64,000 nucleotides of DNA from Camelus ferus (GCF_009834535.1 NC_045697.1:5210001-5274000); one strand, 5' to 3'. Counted from the first letter of the stretch, positions 1-14,327 are shown. Notes: generated by a model not told the origin, from the sequence alone. A program made the numbers and translations.

Positions 1-668
1 GAAGCTTATCTGGGCTCGGTGGGTGTGGTGCCATTAGTTAGTGCCCTCGCAGTTGATTAGTTTAACTGGCACACAGCAACATAATATGGGTACTCCTGTG
101 TATTCTGCCATGCCGTGTTCTAGCTGCTGAGTGTACAGAAAGAAACGCGGCGGACAAAGCCCACACAAGTGGAGCTGACAGCCCAGGGATACAGCTCAGA
201 AGGGCGGGAGTCCGCCAGCAAGACAGAGCCACTCCCCTTGCGGGCATCACTGCAGATGGCGAGACCTGGGCAAGGAAGCACCCCTTTCTCTCTCCTTGCC
301 TTTCTTCCCCCAGTGCCCTAGCCCTTTCATAACAATTCAAAGGAGAAGACAAAAACCACTGTGCAGTAAAATTTTACAATGAAGGAACAGATTCCCCTTC
401 TGACCCACACCCTGTTACAGAAAAGGTCCAAATACCCTGTGATATCAATATCTCTTCCCATGATTGCTGCCACTGTAGCCGTGGTAAAGATTTACACAGG
501 CAGTTTATCATCATTATCATCTTGTAACTTGTAATTACCATGCACAGGGTTCATCAACTTAAAATTCAACATCTTTTTAGTACATTTTCCCACAGCATTA
601 GCTGCTAAGATACAAAATGCAGATTATGTCAGTCGAGATCAGCCTTGTGAATATGCAGTATTTACTAG

Positions 669-1125
669 TGTGGTGTAAACCCCGACAGTCATTTGGTTGT
701 TTTTCTTTTTTCTTTTTTTAATGCAAGTGCCTGACTTTAGGTTTGATGGCTGAGGCATCCACTTCAAAGACGGCTATCTCAAACAAACATACTGCCAGCC
801 ACAAGGCTAGATAAAGGGCCAGGCTGCCCCCTTGACTGGGGCCCCTTTGTTCTAGAGATCTTGGTTGATTCTGATAATGGACTGTTTGGGCCACATGCTT
901 CATTTTTTTTCTCTTCCCATACTTTAAACTCCCACTTTTATGTTTTAAACTCACCAACACAGAATAAGCCCGCAAATCCCTAGGCCCCCATCCTCAACTT
1001 CAGTGAAAGTGGACCCCCAGGCCCACATGCACTCTCTCTCCCTCCACCTGTGACCCCGCTGCGGGGCCCCACGTGTGCTGTGACTTCCAGGTCTTGTAAG
1101 TAATAAATAAGCATTATTCACTACA
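669..1125 (+). mobile_element. Possible old solo LTR
   Basis: TG...CA bounded segment with AATAAA at 1102 near its 3' end; family not recognised. Confidence 0.3.
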
Positions 1126-1179
1126 AAAATAATTTCAATAGTGCACTAGAACTGAACTTGGTTATCATTCAATTTATCC

Positions 1180-1660
1180 AATGATAATCTTAAAAGGAAG
1201 AGAAAATAAAATTAGATACAAGGGTTAATCAGTGAAATGAATTAAAAGCCTATTCAGATACATTTTTAATCAAAAACAGAATGGAAAAAAATGGGCAAAT
1301 GTACAAAAAGGCAACTTTCATAGAGAACATATAAATAATGAATAAAGACCTGAAAAAAAGGGTTCATCTTTCTCAGGAATTGATATCACAAACATTAATG
1401 AAATCCTCAAGTTTCATATCAAATCCATTTAATTAAGAAAACAGACTTATCAATGCTAACACTTTTGGGGAGACGTTCTGGTAGAACTGTTATACTTAAG
1501 CTGTGCTGGTGGCAACAAAACTTAAGAAAAATGTTTTGGAATGCCCGTGTCTTACAAGTTACAAAGATATTCACACTCTTTATTTCAATAATCACACTGT
1601 TGAAATTTATACTAAATAAATAACTCAACAGTACACAATTGATTTTAACATCCCAAAACG
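1180..1660 (+). mobile_element. Ancient L1 (L1M) ORF2 3' fragment
   Basis: aaaatgggcaaa... and following A-rich sequence resemble the L1 ORF2 C-terminal region. Confidence 0.55.
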
Positions 1661-1699
1661 TTCATACAAATTCCCCTCGGAGTCCTGAGTTGACTCCCA

Positions 1700-4090
1700 A
1701 AATGAACGTGGGTTGGGCTGAGACTCCAAGGAGCCCAGCGAAATGACAGATGAAAAACTGAAAGAGGCGAGCAGAAATTTCAGCAACTTTGCAGTGTGCT
1801 CAACAGTACAGAGTCTGGAATTCAAGTTAAGCCCAGTAAGAGTAAGTACCGAGTCCCAGAAGCAAAGGCTGCACTCTAGGATGAAAAGCAAAACCACAAG
1901 ACATCCTGCTGAAGCCCAAAATCAAGACTCCACAGATCAAAATTAATAGCCAGTAATTTATCTTCTTGGTGGAATAAAACTCATACTCTTCAGAGGAAGA
2001 AAGCAACCAAGTGGAAAACCTAGAACTGAAAAACACAATACCTGAAAGTAAAAGTTAATTGGATAAAGTGATGTAATATTCATAAACATTCTAAAATAAT
2101 GCTAGATAATATTTATTGTGCCGGGAATGAATTCAGTGCTGTACACGTGCCATCTTTACAATGTACCATCTACAACGTCTAGCATATAAAGAAAATTACT
2201 AGACATGTGAAGAAACAAGAGAATGTTTCCCACGGTCTAGAAAACAACATCCATAGAAACAGACACACATTAAGATGCTGAAATCAGCAGAATTACTAAA
2301 TAGTGTATAGAAAAAATGAATATAGTGAATATACAAGCATATGAAGAATTTCAAGAGAGATATGGAAAATCTAAAAAAGCAAATGAAGATCCTAGAACTT
2401 AAAAATATAGTATGTTGAATTTTTAATTCATTTACTAGAAAGAGCAGACTGGACAATGCAGAAGAGTCTGGGAACCTGAAAACAGACCAATAGAAAAATA
2501 CTCGGAAGCAAAATGAGAAAATATATTTAATATACACAGAGAAAAAAAATGAAACAGACTCTCCACTAACCTGTGGAAGGCTGTCAAGTGGTCTGACATA
2601 CATGTTACTGAAGTGCCATAAAAGAGAGAAGGGAGGGGAATACTGGTCCCAAGTTTTCCAAATTTTACTTAAAACAATCCACAATCCAAGAAGTTCTGTG
2701 TACCCTAAGCAGGATAAGTACAAAGAAAATTACATCTTGACACATAAGACACAACTATAAAAGTCAAAGATAATACTCAAAGCAACCAGAGAAAAAAGAC
2801 ACATTAAAAACAGAAGAACAATTATTTGAATGATGGCTGACTTATCAGAAACAGTAGAGTCAAGAAGATAACAGAATGATATCCTTAAAGTGCCAAAAAA
2901 AAGTCAACTTAGGATTTGTATCCAATGAAAATACCTTTCAGAAATGAAGGTGAAGTAGAGATACTTCAGTTCAATAAAGGCCGAAATGATTTGTTACCAG
3001 CAGAACTGCATTACCAAAGGGGTAAACGCAATTTTTCAGGGGAAAAAAAAAGTGATATAAGATAAAATTTTGAATCTACAGTAAGTACATTGGAAATCAT
3101 ATGCATGTAGGTAAATATAACATATTTTTTCTTCAAAATAATTGATATTTAAAGGAAAAATAATAACCACGTACTATGAGTTTTATATCATACATAGAAA
3201 TAAAACTATATGACAAAAAAGTACAAAAATAAGGGAATGAAATTACACTGTTGTACAATTCTACCATTATACCTGAAGTGGTAATTCAAGGTAGACTGTG
3301 ATAAGTTAAGAACACATATTATAATTCCTATGGCAACTTTTAAAAACATATAAACAGGTTTAGCTAAAAAGCCAATAGTCAAGATAAAACAGAATATTAA
3401 AAAAGTACTAGATTTACAAAAACTCAAAAAAGAAAAAAGAAGCAAGAACAGAGGAAACAAATAGCAAAGTGGTAGGATTAAACCCAGATACATCAAAAAT
3501 TATATTAAACATAAATGAACTGAATATTGCAACTAAAAGGCAGAGGTTTTCAGACAAAGTAAAAAAAAAAAAGGAAGATTCAACTATATGCTGTTTAAAC
3601 TACTGCTTAAACTCAAAGACAGAGAAAATTGAAAGTGAAAAGAACAGGAAAAGATTCACCATGCACACAGTAAGCAAGAAAAAGCTGCCGTGACTATATT
3701 CATAGCAGCCACGTTGAATTCAAAACTAGCAGTACTTCCAGAGATAAAGATGGTTTCATAATGATAAAAGTGTCAGTTCATCAAGAAGACAAATGCATCC
3801 TAAATGTGTGCATGACTATTAACATATTTCAAAATACATACACATGGACAAAACTAAGAAGAATAGAAAGATTCACAATCAAACATACAGACATTAACAC
3901 TCCACTTTCAGTAACCAATTCAATTTTTCTTACAGCAGCAAAACTCATTAAGGATACAGGGGATTTGAACAAACCTACTTGGTATTAATAGAACACTACA
4001 CCAATCACAAAAGGATACGTATTCCTTCCAAGAGGATATGGCAGGTTGACCACATGCTAAGATGTAAGTCTCAGTAAATTACAAAAGATG
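1700..4090 (+). mobile_element. Ancient L1 (L1M): degraded ORF1 and ORF2 endonuclease region
   Basis: Translated remnants LNINELNIATKRQR...DSTICCL (3469-3693) and MIKVSVHQEDKCILNV (3761) resemble L1 ORF2p LNVNGLN..KR..CCIQET and MVKGSIQQEELTILNI; many stops and frameshifts. Confidence 0.8.
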
Positions 4091-5585
4091 GAAAATAAAC
4101 AGAACTGGATGTGGAAGCCTGAGACGAATGGCAGAGGTGAGTCTTTGAACCCCTGCTCAGATTTCTCAGTGTCTTGGTACTGAAATGGTAGGCATGAGAC
4201 ATGGGAGGACAGGACAGGAATGGGAGGACTACAGGTAAGAGGGTAGGTGCCAAGTGAAAAGAAAACAAGGGGGACTCCAAAGTGTCGGCCTTCACCACTG
4301 GAAGAATGTTATTACTATGGGAAGACGGGAAGGGTCAGGTTTGGAGATGGGGCAGGGGAACAGGAGTTCACCTGGGAGGCACGAAGAGTAAGAGCCCCAC
4401 CGAATACCCATGTGAACCTCTGGGCTGGCAAGTGAAAATTTAAGTCTGCGGGGCATCGGCTGTGCCTAGAAAAAAAAATGAGGCCGTTGTCAGCATATAA
4501 TATACCAGTGGTATTTTAACTAGCTCTTACTTCCAACTCATCTGAAACCAACATCATATCTGAGACCCTGTGCCCTACAGGCCTCCACCAGAAATCTCTG
4601 TCAATATGTAACACAAATGTTCCCATTACTTACAAACAGATAAACACATCCAGAAAGATGGGGAGTAGGGACATCTTCCCCAGAAGCAACGCAGAAGCAT
4701 AAGCCAAAACACAAACCAAACTCACAAACTGCCTACCAGGGCCTGTTTCTTGAGTGTTACTTGCTGGCTAAGAGAGAAAAAGAATCATAAATTATAAGCC
4801 TTGTTTCTCTCCCTGTCCTTCACGCCACAGAAATTAAAGGGACTGGCAAACAGAAGCTCTGAAAGATTTATAACCTCAGTTTAAGACCAAGAGACCTCAG
4901 GAAGATGAGAAACATTTGTTATTTTCTGGAAGAAATAAAATCCCAAAGCAAATCACTCTCAAATGCATCTCCAAAGCAAGCAGAGATCCGGTTAAGGCGT
5001 GAAAGGCGTGTTCTACTCAGCTCCCTCTGATTCTCCAGGGAGACTGATGGAGTAAGTAAACTCTGGAGAGGAGGGTTCGGAACCTGGTGGAACTTGTTAA
5101 ATACGACATGCAGCAACTTCTTGACTTTGTTTAAAAAGTATGCTTAAAATTAATTACATTTTAAATGGAATTTATAAATATCTTATACCACTTAAGTGAA
5201 TGGCAGAAAATTCTGCTGTGCTATGATTTTGTGGAATTTGATCAACTATCTTGCTGTAACTGGGAGCTTGCCGGCACTATTCACAGGGTAAAGGGGTTCG
5301 CCTGTTTAAATATCAGTAGATACATTTGTGTTTACATGTATATCTATACATAGTGATGAAGGTAACTGTCTACACGCACGCAAACACACACGCAAATGTA
5401 CCCAAGTGTGGACACATACACCCCTCCTCCTCTTCTCATGGGTTTTTATACCATCTTCCTAGCCACCAATTTCTCCCCCTGCCAACCCATGCTTCAGTCT
5501 GCAGGCACCATGAGCATCCTGATATGGGAACTGGTCGCATCACTCCCCAGATTAAAACCATTAGTGTCGCCTCATCTTCTACTAA

Positions 5586-6538
5586 CGGGGCCGGCTTGCT
5601 GGGCAGGCGGTCGTACAGCGCTCTGCGCTCAGAAGGGCCCTGCACTTGGCCGAACGCTCTGGAGGTGCCATCTTCCATCCTGGAAATGTCGCCTTGTAAG
5701 GGGTTATAACGGGGCATGCGCGTGAGCAGAGCTTCCACATTCAGTGTGTGTGTCCCTCACTTCCACTTGGCATGTGCAGTGCTCCGTGAGCAAAGGATTC
5801 TGGTGGAGGTTCAGCAAGACCCCGGTAAGTGTGTTCTGTCTACACCTGAGTAAGCAAGAGAACTGACAGCCCCTAGGAGACTAAACACTCTCCTCCAACC
5901 AGAAGTGACGTGCTTCAGATGCGGGAAGCAGCAACGGTGTTCTCAAGAGACTGCAATGGCCGGGGAACCCTCTCCTTTCCTTCTTGTGTTACTTCCCCGT
6001 GTTGCCTAATCACCGATGCTGAAATGATGACACGGAAGAAAAGGCAAAGATGAGAACCCCAGTTCCTCCTCCCCTCAGTCTCTCCTCACTCAGCAGTGAG
6101 CTGAGGCGGACAGGCTGGGTAGGCCGTGCACACACCGAGGAGTGAAATGGAAACTGTTGAGTTAATTTTGTGCATTGTTTCCAGTGACCTGGTCAGAACA
6201 AAATACGTGTGCATATACATACACTGATGTGTGAACTGTATAATTTCCATGATTCTCCACACAAGTTAAATGCTCTTAATTTGCATTTAAAACTGGCATT
6301 GTACAGTATAGAGATGAACAGTAAAATTCTAGAGGATAATTTAAAATTTTAAGTGTTATTTTTCTAGATTGCTATTACATAGCAGATTAAAAAACACCAT
6401 GACCAACCAAGGAAAAGAGACTATGGAAGAAAGAAAAGCTTTATAGTTTACTATCTTTAATAGCATTTTTCTGATTTTTGAACAAGGGACCCCACTTTTA
6501 TTTTGCACTGAGTCTTGCAGATGATGTAGCCGGTTCTG
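5586..6538 (+). mobile_element. MER45-family hAT-Tip100 DNA transposon relic (long MER45B/C-like form)
   Basis: Termini cggggccggctt...gcgctcagaagggccc and gaacaagggacccc...ttttgcactg...tgtagccggttctg match the MER45 ends; imperfect terminal inverted repeats. Confidence 0.75.
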
Positions 6539-6579
6539 ACAACTTTGTGAATAAAAATCAAATTCCTTAGTATACAGAC

Positions 6580-6918
6580 ATGTGCAGATTTGTGTCCCCC
6601 CAAAACCTATATGCTGAAACCCTCGCCCCAAGGAGACGATGGTATTTGCAGGTGGGGACCTGGAGAGGTAGTTTAGATGAGGTCAGGAGGGTGGAGCCCT
6701 GAGATGGAATTGGTGCCCTTTAGAGAGGAAGAGGCTAGAGCTTTCTCCCTCCACCCGGTGAAGATACAAAGAGAACACAGCTGTCTGCAAAGCAAGAGAA
6801 GGTCTCACCAGCACCGTGATCTTGGACTGTCCCAGAATCCAGGACCGTAAGGAATAAATGACTGCTGTTTAAGCACCCAGTCTGCGGTATTCGCTGTGGC
6901 GACCCGGGGGATGAAGAT
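6580..6918 (+). mobile_element. MaLR solo LTR (MLT1A-like)
   Basis: tgtgtccccccaaaa..atatgctgaaacc start and aataaa..ctgctgtttaagcacccagtctgcggtat end, typical of MLT1. Confidence 0.75.
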
Positions 6919-7269
6919 GTGCAGCAAGGCGCTCTAGGCACTGTAATGCCTGGCTCTGCCTAAGTCCCAGCCCCATCTCCACGGCTCTCCTCCCCCTCCT
7001 CCAGCACCCCGCTCCCCATTAACTCTGAACCGCCCTGCTCTCTCCACCCATCTCCTTCTGCACCTGCTGCTCCCTCAGCCTTAAAGGGCCTCCCCAGCCC
7101 CACCTCCCAGCTCTTTTCCTTCTTTCCCAAGTTACTTCTCTTCAATGCTTCCTGTTCCTTCTGAGGACTGGCCTCAGGAACCGCCCCCTCTGCACACACT
7201 TCCTGGATCTGATCTGCAGCCTCCTCTGGAATGCGGCGTAGAAGTTACTACACAATGGTAAAACTCAGT

Positions 7270-7658
7270 GCATTCATCTCTCAGGGACACCATAACAAAG
7301 TACCACCGACTGGGCAGCTTGAAACAACAGAAATGAAACAACAGCTGTGGAGGCTGGAAGCCCAGCATCAAGGAGGCGCCTCTCTCCCAGCTTCTGCTGC
7401 ACTGCCGGCAGCTTGGGGTGAGCCCTGGCTTGTAGTCCCACCACCCAGCCTCTCCCCTCACGCGCATATGGCACTTCCCTTCTGTGTGTGTGTGTGTCTG
7501 TCTTCGTGGTCATATCTCTTTTTATAAGATTAGGGCCCACGCCAATGCCCTCTTTTTAACTTAATTACACCTGTGTCTCTAAATAAGGTCACCTTCGGAG
7601 GTACTGGGGGTTAGGTTTCAACAGCCTCATTTTCGGGGACTCAACTCAATCCACAACA
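7270..7658 (-). mobile_element. MaLR solo LTR (MLT1B/C-like)
   Basis: cataacaaagtaccac..ctggg..ttgaaacaacagaaa and aaataaggtcacc..gaggtactgggggttagg motifs. Confidence 0.75.
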
Positions 7659-8109
7659 CCAGGCATCCTGAAGTCATTTTCTATTTTTCCCTCAAGTACC
7701 TAAGATGACGGACATTTTTTAAAAGGCAGGGGCCCAGTATCTAATTCTCCCTGAAACCCTACTCCAGCCCCCAAGCCCTCTGTAGGGGTTGCCAAGAGAT
7801 TCAGCAAAAGGACTCGAACGTGCTTGATGCACATCAGTGGCATCAACCACCAAAGTGGGGCCAGCTGCTCCCCGATTGCTGGTTCCCCACAGCTCGCCGG
7901 TCAGGCTTCTCAAAACAGGCCTGGCACCTTACTGACACGTAATGAGGGCTCAGGCAAGGAAGCTTGGAGGGCAGAATCTGTCTGAACGGGCTGTTTCCTA
8001 GGAGAATGGAAATGAGAAATCCCTTGGGAGAACAGGGGTTGAAAGCAGAAATCACTTCTTTTTAGGGCTGAATGAAGCAGCAGTCCTCACCTGACTGCCT
8101 CATGCTGCC

Positions 8110-8600
8110 AAGTGTCCAGCCAGGTGCCTTCCTAAGGGCTCGCCACTCAACACACATCACCTCACTCCATTCCCATGGTGACCAGGCCAGACTGCATCCC
8201 ATCCTCCAGAGGAGGAGACTGAGGCTCAGGAAGGTTAAGGCATTGCTCCACAGTTACCCAGACAAGACAGAGGAAAATCAGGATTTAAACCTGTGTGACC
8301 CCAAATCTGTGTTTTAACCTGTCTGACCTTCAGTCGCAAAGTTTAATCTTATTTAATAAACCTCACACAGCACTTAATCTGTGCCAGACTAGGTAGTGAG
8401 TATTTTACATACAGTAACTCATTTACTCCTCAGAATCTTTTATGAAGTAAGGGTTAAGCCTCATTTTACAGATGAGGAAACTGAGGGTCAGGGAGGGGAA
8501 GAAACTTGCTTGAGGTCACTCAGCTAGTCAGTGGCAGAGCCAGCGTGAAACTGCAGGCAGTCCGATTCCAGCGTCTGGGCTCCTAACCACTGCGCTACGG
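8110..8600 (-). mobile_element. Two MIR SINE fragments
   Basis: MIR core motifs gagactgaggctcag and cattttacagatgaggaaactgagg. Confidence 0.7.
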
Positions 8601-9599
8601 AAGGGGAATCCCTGCTGGAAGAGTTCATGGTGGACCAGCGGGGGGCCTGGTGTGTCCCAGAGACACACAAACCCCGAAGCCCGTATCTTATCTCTAAGCT
8701 GGGCTGGAAAGTGGAGCGAAGATGGAGAGAGAAAGAGAAAGCTTAAAAGAGCGTCAAGCTGCAGCTCCAATGCTGGGAACTAAGTGGGGGGCTCATTTCC
8801 CTTCAGGGACCGGTCGTTCCATTCAAGCTCGCATGGAAACGCCTGAGGGCGGCCTGCCCTGCACATCTCCACACGGCCCAAGCCCGCATCCACATAGCGG
8901 CAGCCCAGGACCAATGCGAGTTCGGTCATTACAAATCCACCCAAAAAATATCCACTGAGCCAGTCACTGACGAAGGGGCTACAAAAGGTTAACACTATCT
9001 TGCGATGGTGAATATCACTGTTTTGCATCTATCTTCCTGTAGCTTGACTTTATCTGTCTTCCTATTTATAGACTTCTTCCTCCATTTTCAATTTAAGCTA
9101 GAAATACCAAGTGCCTTTGTAAAAAGTTCTAGTCAAGTAAAATCATTCAAGACAGAGAAAAGTATTAAGTAAACAACTATAGGTAACATGTGGCTATGAT
9201 AAAAAAAAAAAAAAGTTCTGCATGTGGGATGCAAATGGCTGCATCTTGGCATGAGAGAAAGAGCTTTCCAGTTACACAGAAAGAAGTGAGACCAAGGACC
9301 ACAATTTTACCACCTAAGAGAAATGAGTCCACCTCTCCAAACTCCAACAACCTCGGGTATGAAATGGAGCTAACGTTACCTCTCGTACTCTGAAGTGTTA
9401 TTCTGAAGACCAAATAAAATTGTGTATGGAAAATGTTTGGCCCACAGTAGGTGTTTCTTAAATAGAATTTGTTTTTCCCTTTCCCCAGTCTCTCTCCTTC
9501 AGACTCCAGGAGGGACCCTTTCACAGGTTCCACGGAGATGTTTCTTTGTCTCTTCTGACAGACACTCAAGGACAAGCAGCTACAAGACAGACACTCTGT

Positions 9600-10810
9600 A
9601 AAGCCCTGGGGCCCACGCTAGACGGGACAAGCGGTCCTCAAAGGGACTCTGGTCTCATGGGGGAGACAGACATTAATAGAGCTAACGAAGCACTGAACTA
9701 CAGCCATGATACGTGCAATGATTAGCATGTGGTAGTTTGAGGGAGGCTCCCTAGGGGTCCTGACCCAGTCTGGGAGTCAGATAAGGCACCTTGTAGAAAG
9801 ATGAGTCGGGGATAACTAAGACCACTGGGGGGGGGGGAGAAGCAACAGGTGATATGGCCCTGGGCAGGCATGCAACTTACAAGACACTGAAAGACTGCTC
9901 GTGTGGCTGAAGAGTATATATAGTTGCATTGATTACAGGAAGAATGAGGAGAGTAACTCACCTGATGGGCGGATGACCACAAGCCAGGTACCAGGCTACG
10001 AAGTCCAACTGCGCTGTCATTGAACTGGCGCCGTGAATTAAACTCACGCGAGATGAGATTAGCTGGGCGAGATGAGTAATCAAACTCACGCAGGGAACTG
10101 AACTCACGCGAGATGAGATTAGCTGGGTGAGATGAGTAATCAAACTCACGCAGGGAACTGAACTCACGCGAGATGAGATTAGCTGGGTGAGACGAGTAAT
10201 CAAACTCACGCAGGGAACTGAACTCACGCGAGATGAGACGCCAAGGGAGAGACGGGCAGGTTGTAGACCCTACAGGGTCTTGGAGGCCTCGTCACGTTCC
10301 CAGTCTTCACTCTGAGAGCAGTGAAGCCATTAAGGACCACTGAGCACAGCACGATTGTACTTGTGATTTAAAGCTGTAATTCTGGCGGTTGGATGGAGGT
10401 GCTGAAAGGGCAAGGGGGAGCATGGAGACCAGCTAGGAGGCAGCACAGGGGGCCCAGAGGGGCGATGTTTGAATGGAGGTGGCGGCGGTGTGGCTTCGAA
10501 GAAAGTGCAGACTGGGGAGATGTTTGGGAGGTAAAGTCAACACAGCCAAGCGCCTGACTGGATTTGTGGGGGTGAGGGAGATGGAAGTATCAAGGAAAAT
10601 CTGAGACAGTTGGGCTTCTGCAGCTGGGTAATCATGGTACTGTACACTAAGCTGGGAAACAATTAAGGAACATGAATTTTACTGAGGTCGTTTTGAAATT
10701 TGAGGTATTAATTCTCTTGAGACGTTCGAATGGGAAAAAAATACACAGGAACACAGATTTGGAGCCCGGAGGAGAAACATAAATTAAGGGAATAAATTAC
10801 TGAGTCACTG
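9600..10810 (-). mobile_element. Degraded L2 LINE fragments
   Basis: Purine-rich L2-antisense motifs (gaagccattaagg, ggagaccagctaggaggc, gtatcaagga); boundaries approximate. Confidence 0.55.
10041..10238. repeat. 60-bp minisatellite, 3.3 copies
   Basis: AACTCACGCGAGATGAGATTAGCTGGGTGAGATGAGTAATCAAACTCACGCAGGGAACTG at 10041, 10101 and 10161, partial at 10221; only two substitutions among copies. Confidence 0.95.
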
Positions 10811-11539
10811 TTATACTGGAATATGCACCAATTATTAATGTATCGTCTCAGCTCCAAATCCACTGCTGTGTGACGCTGGACTGGACCCTGTAGACATTTG
10901 TTTCCAGCCAGCTTCGTGTTAGGCATGGACAATAGAGGGCGCAAGAGAGACGCTGCCAGACCCGAGTGGGAGGAAGGGACATCCTTTCCTCTGGTGTGCC
11001 GTTTTCCACCCTGCAGCAGTAGGCGGGCGTGCAGGCGGCCCTCATCGAGGAGCTGCAGCCAGCGTCCTGCGGCAAGTTTCTGTGCCACCCAGTAGGATGC
11101 CTGTCCTGCTGATAACCAGGGCCTGGCCAAACAGATGTGAAATACAGCCTAGGTGGAGAGGGGGCCCCTCTTGACTTCTGAGTTCCTTCCTTGTTCATGC
11201 ACCCTCAACCCTAGGGAAGCAGCTGTTTTGCCAGAGTTGCTACTTCTGAATCTCCTGAGTCCTGACTTCTTTTCATAGTTAACGTTTTTACTAGATGACA
11301 GTTCTTTGTAGTACTTTTTGCCTTTGTAACGCTGCTGTGGCTTTGGTCTCTTGACTGCACTCAGACTGTACAGGGTGACTGAACACGTAGGGGCTGACAG
11401 GATCACCTGCGGAGACAGTACAGAGCACTAAGGAACAGGTCCAAGGACTCAGTCTTGAGGAATTCCAAGATTTATTGCAAGGGAGAGGAGGCTGGTCTTA
11501 CCAGGGAGACGGAGAAGGAACAGCTAACGAACATCATAA

Positions 11540-12720
11540 AGGATTCAAAAAGGGAAATCACAAAACAGGAGACAATCTTTGCAACGCTTATAACTGACAA
11601 AGAAGAGTCATCTAGAATATGCAAAGAACTACAAATCAATCAAAAAAGGCAGACTTCTAGTAGGAAAATTAACCAAGCTATGAACAGGTCCATCACCAAA
11701 GCGGGAACTAAATATATGAAGAAACCTCAACCTTGTGGATGAAGGAATGCAGTTTAAAACAACAATAAGATACCATTTTATACTCATTCAATTGGCAAAT
11801 ATGAAAAAGCCCACAACACTAAATATTGGCCAGGAAGTAGAGGTGTGTTGTCCTACAGGGTAGCTGCAAGCCACACGTGTCTTTTGAGCACTTTAAATGT
11901 AGCTAGTCCAAATTAAGATGTGCTGTTAAGTGTAAAATCCACACCCAATTTCAAAGGCTTTGTATGAGTAAAAGAGTATAAAATATGTCAATAATTTTGA
12001 CACTGAAATTATAATACTTTAGTTAGGTTAAATAAGATGTATTATTAAGTTCACATAGTTCTTTTTATCTTTGTAATGTCACTACTAGAAAATTTGAAAT
12101 TACAAATGTGGCTTGATTTGTGGACTTCATCATATTTCCTTAGAACAGAGCAGATGCAGAGCAATGGAAGTGTCTGTACATGGTTTCTCAGAGTGTAAAC
12201 TGATACCACCACTTTGGAAAACCATTTGCCATTATCTTACAAAGTGGAACATACACCTATTCCATGACCCATACATATGCTAGAGAAATTCGTGCATATG
12301 TGCACCAGGAGGCATATACAAAATTGTTCACAGAAGCAGTGTTCATAATAGTCCCAAACTAGCAAGAATACAAGTGTCCGCTGTCAGAAGGAAGGCTAGA
12401 ATTGATGGTGAAGTCACGTAATGGAACATTATACATTAGTGAAAGTGAAGAGAATGCAGCTATACACGGCATGGATAAATCTTAGAAACTCAATCTTGAG
12501 CAAAAACAGCAAATCACAGATGAGAACTAAAACACGGTACCATTTTTGTAAATTTCATTGAGCAGTAACAAGTGAACACTGTGCGGTTAGGAATGACAAG
12601 GCGTGGAAAAGTGGGTGGGGTAAGGGAGACATGCCCAGGGTGCTTCCAAAGAACTGGACATGCTCTACTTCTCCACTTGGATCATGGGTTCATGGGTGAG
12701 CTCATTCTCTTATTTTCAAG
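11540..12720 (+). mobile_element. Ancient L1 (L1ME-like) 3' fragment, interrupted by MER33
   Basis: tctagaatatgcaaagaactac, accactttggaaaac and atgtgcaccaggag motifs of the L1 3' region. Confidence 0.7.
11843..12152. mobile_element. MER33-like hAT-Charlie MITE nested in L1
   Basis: agccacacgtgtcttttgagcactttaaatgtagctagtccaaattaagatgtgctgttaagtgtaaaa matches MER33; L1 sequence resumes on both sides. Confidence 0.7.
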
Positions 12721-12948
12721 AAAGAAAGACTTACAATCATATGCTAGTTCTAAGAACCAAATGATCACAGTGACTCTAGTCAGAGCTATTTCGCTGAAAT
12801 GATGAAGCCTGATGTAGTGATTTGAGGCACAGGTTGTCATGAGAATTTGAGGACCCCAAGTGATGACTGCTTTCTCAGGAAAGATGGTCGTGAAAGTGAG
12901 GAGGGTTGGGCAGGAGACCTAAGGTGACGTGGGTATCAGGGAGAGCTT

Positions 12949-13630
12949 ATTTTTATTTTTATAATCATAATTTAGTTGATTTACAATGTTGTCTTAGTTT
13001 CTGGTGTACAGCATAGTGATTCAGGTATACATATTATTTTTCATAGTTTCATTATAGATTATTATAAGATATTGAATGTAGTTCCCTGTGCTAGACCGTA
13101 GGTCCTTGCTTTTTATCTCTTTATATAGTACTTTGTATCTGCAAATCCCACCTTCTAATTTATCCCTCCCTACCTGTCCCCTTTGGTAACCATAAGTTTG
13201 TTAGCTATGGCTGTGAGTCTCTTTCTGTTTTGTGTTCATTTGTGTCCTTTTTTTTTTTGATTCCATATAAAAGTGGTATCATACGATATTTATCTTTCTC
13301 TGTATGACTTACTTCTCTTAGTATGATAATCTCTGGGTCCATTCATGTTGCTGCAAATGGTATTATTTCATTCTATTTTATGGCTGAGTAATATATATAT
13401 ATATATATATATATGGTATGTGTGTGTGTATATATATATACACCACAACTTCTTTATCCAGTCATCTGTCGATGGACATTTAGGTTGCTCCCATGTCTTG
13501 GCTATTGTAACTAGTGCTGCTATGAACACTGGGGTGCATGTATGTTTTCAAATTAGAGTTTTCTCCAAATATATGCCCAGGAGTGGGATTGCTGGATCAT
13601 ACAGTAGTTCTGTTTTTAGTTTTCTAATAA
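12949..13630 (-). mobile_element. 5'-truncated younger L1 3' end
   Basis: T-rich tail, typical L1 3' UTR/ORF2 end, degenerate TSD agggagagctt / agggaaagttt, internal (TA)n(TG)n tract at about 13390-13440. Confidence 0.85.
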
Positions 13631-13659
13631 ATTAGGGAAAGTTTGCTTTAAAAATAGAA

Positions 13660-14291
13660 GTCACTATGTACAGATTAACACTGAGGAGAGGACTTCTGCT
13701 TCTGGTCGACTAGAGTGTTTTTGGTCAGCCTTCCTGCTAATAAAAACTAGAATAACTATACAAAATAAATCTTTAGAAAATCTGTCTGAAGGACTCATAG
13801 AGCTGTCAAGGGAGTAAGGAACTGCGGGTTGAATATCTACAAAAAAAAAAAAAAAAAAAAGAAAAGAAAAGGGAAAGAGATGGGTCCAGCATTTGGGGTC
13901 GCTCTTCCTCAAGAGGCACCTGCCAAATCTGAGAGCAGCTTTCAGGAGGCTGAGAAGCCAAGCAAGGTGTGGAAACCCTCACCGGCTTTAGGGCCAGGAC
14001 ATACACTAACAGCCAGAGCCTCCCAAGGAAGAAGAGGCTTCATAAACCCAGTGCTTCTCGTAAGGACCCCCAAGGGCTTCATTCCAGGAGTGACTGTGAA
14101 ATGGATGAAAAGAGTCCTCACAGGATGTCTGATCATCTCAAGCTCTGTGAAGACTGAGATGAAATGTAACCCCTGGCACTCCAGCTTAGCTATTTACAAA
14201 AAGCAAAAGGAAAACATTTCTGAGGAAACAGAGCATCATCCAAAGCCCCAAATTATCTCTATACTGTTTCCTAAATAATGCCCAGCATGTT

Positions 14292-14327
<36 letters not shown>

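Noticed and set aside
10041..10238. CRISPR-like regular repeat and 89-aa repetitive ORF
   Set aside because: No unique spacers, no cas genes, mammalian context; it is a plain tandem repeat.
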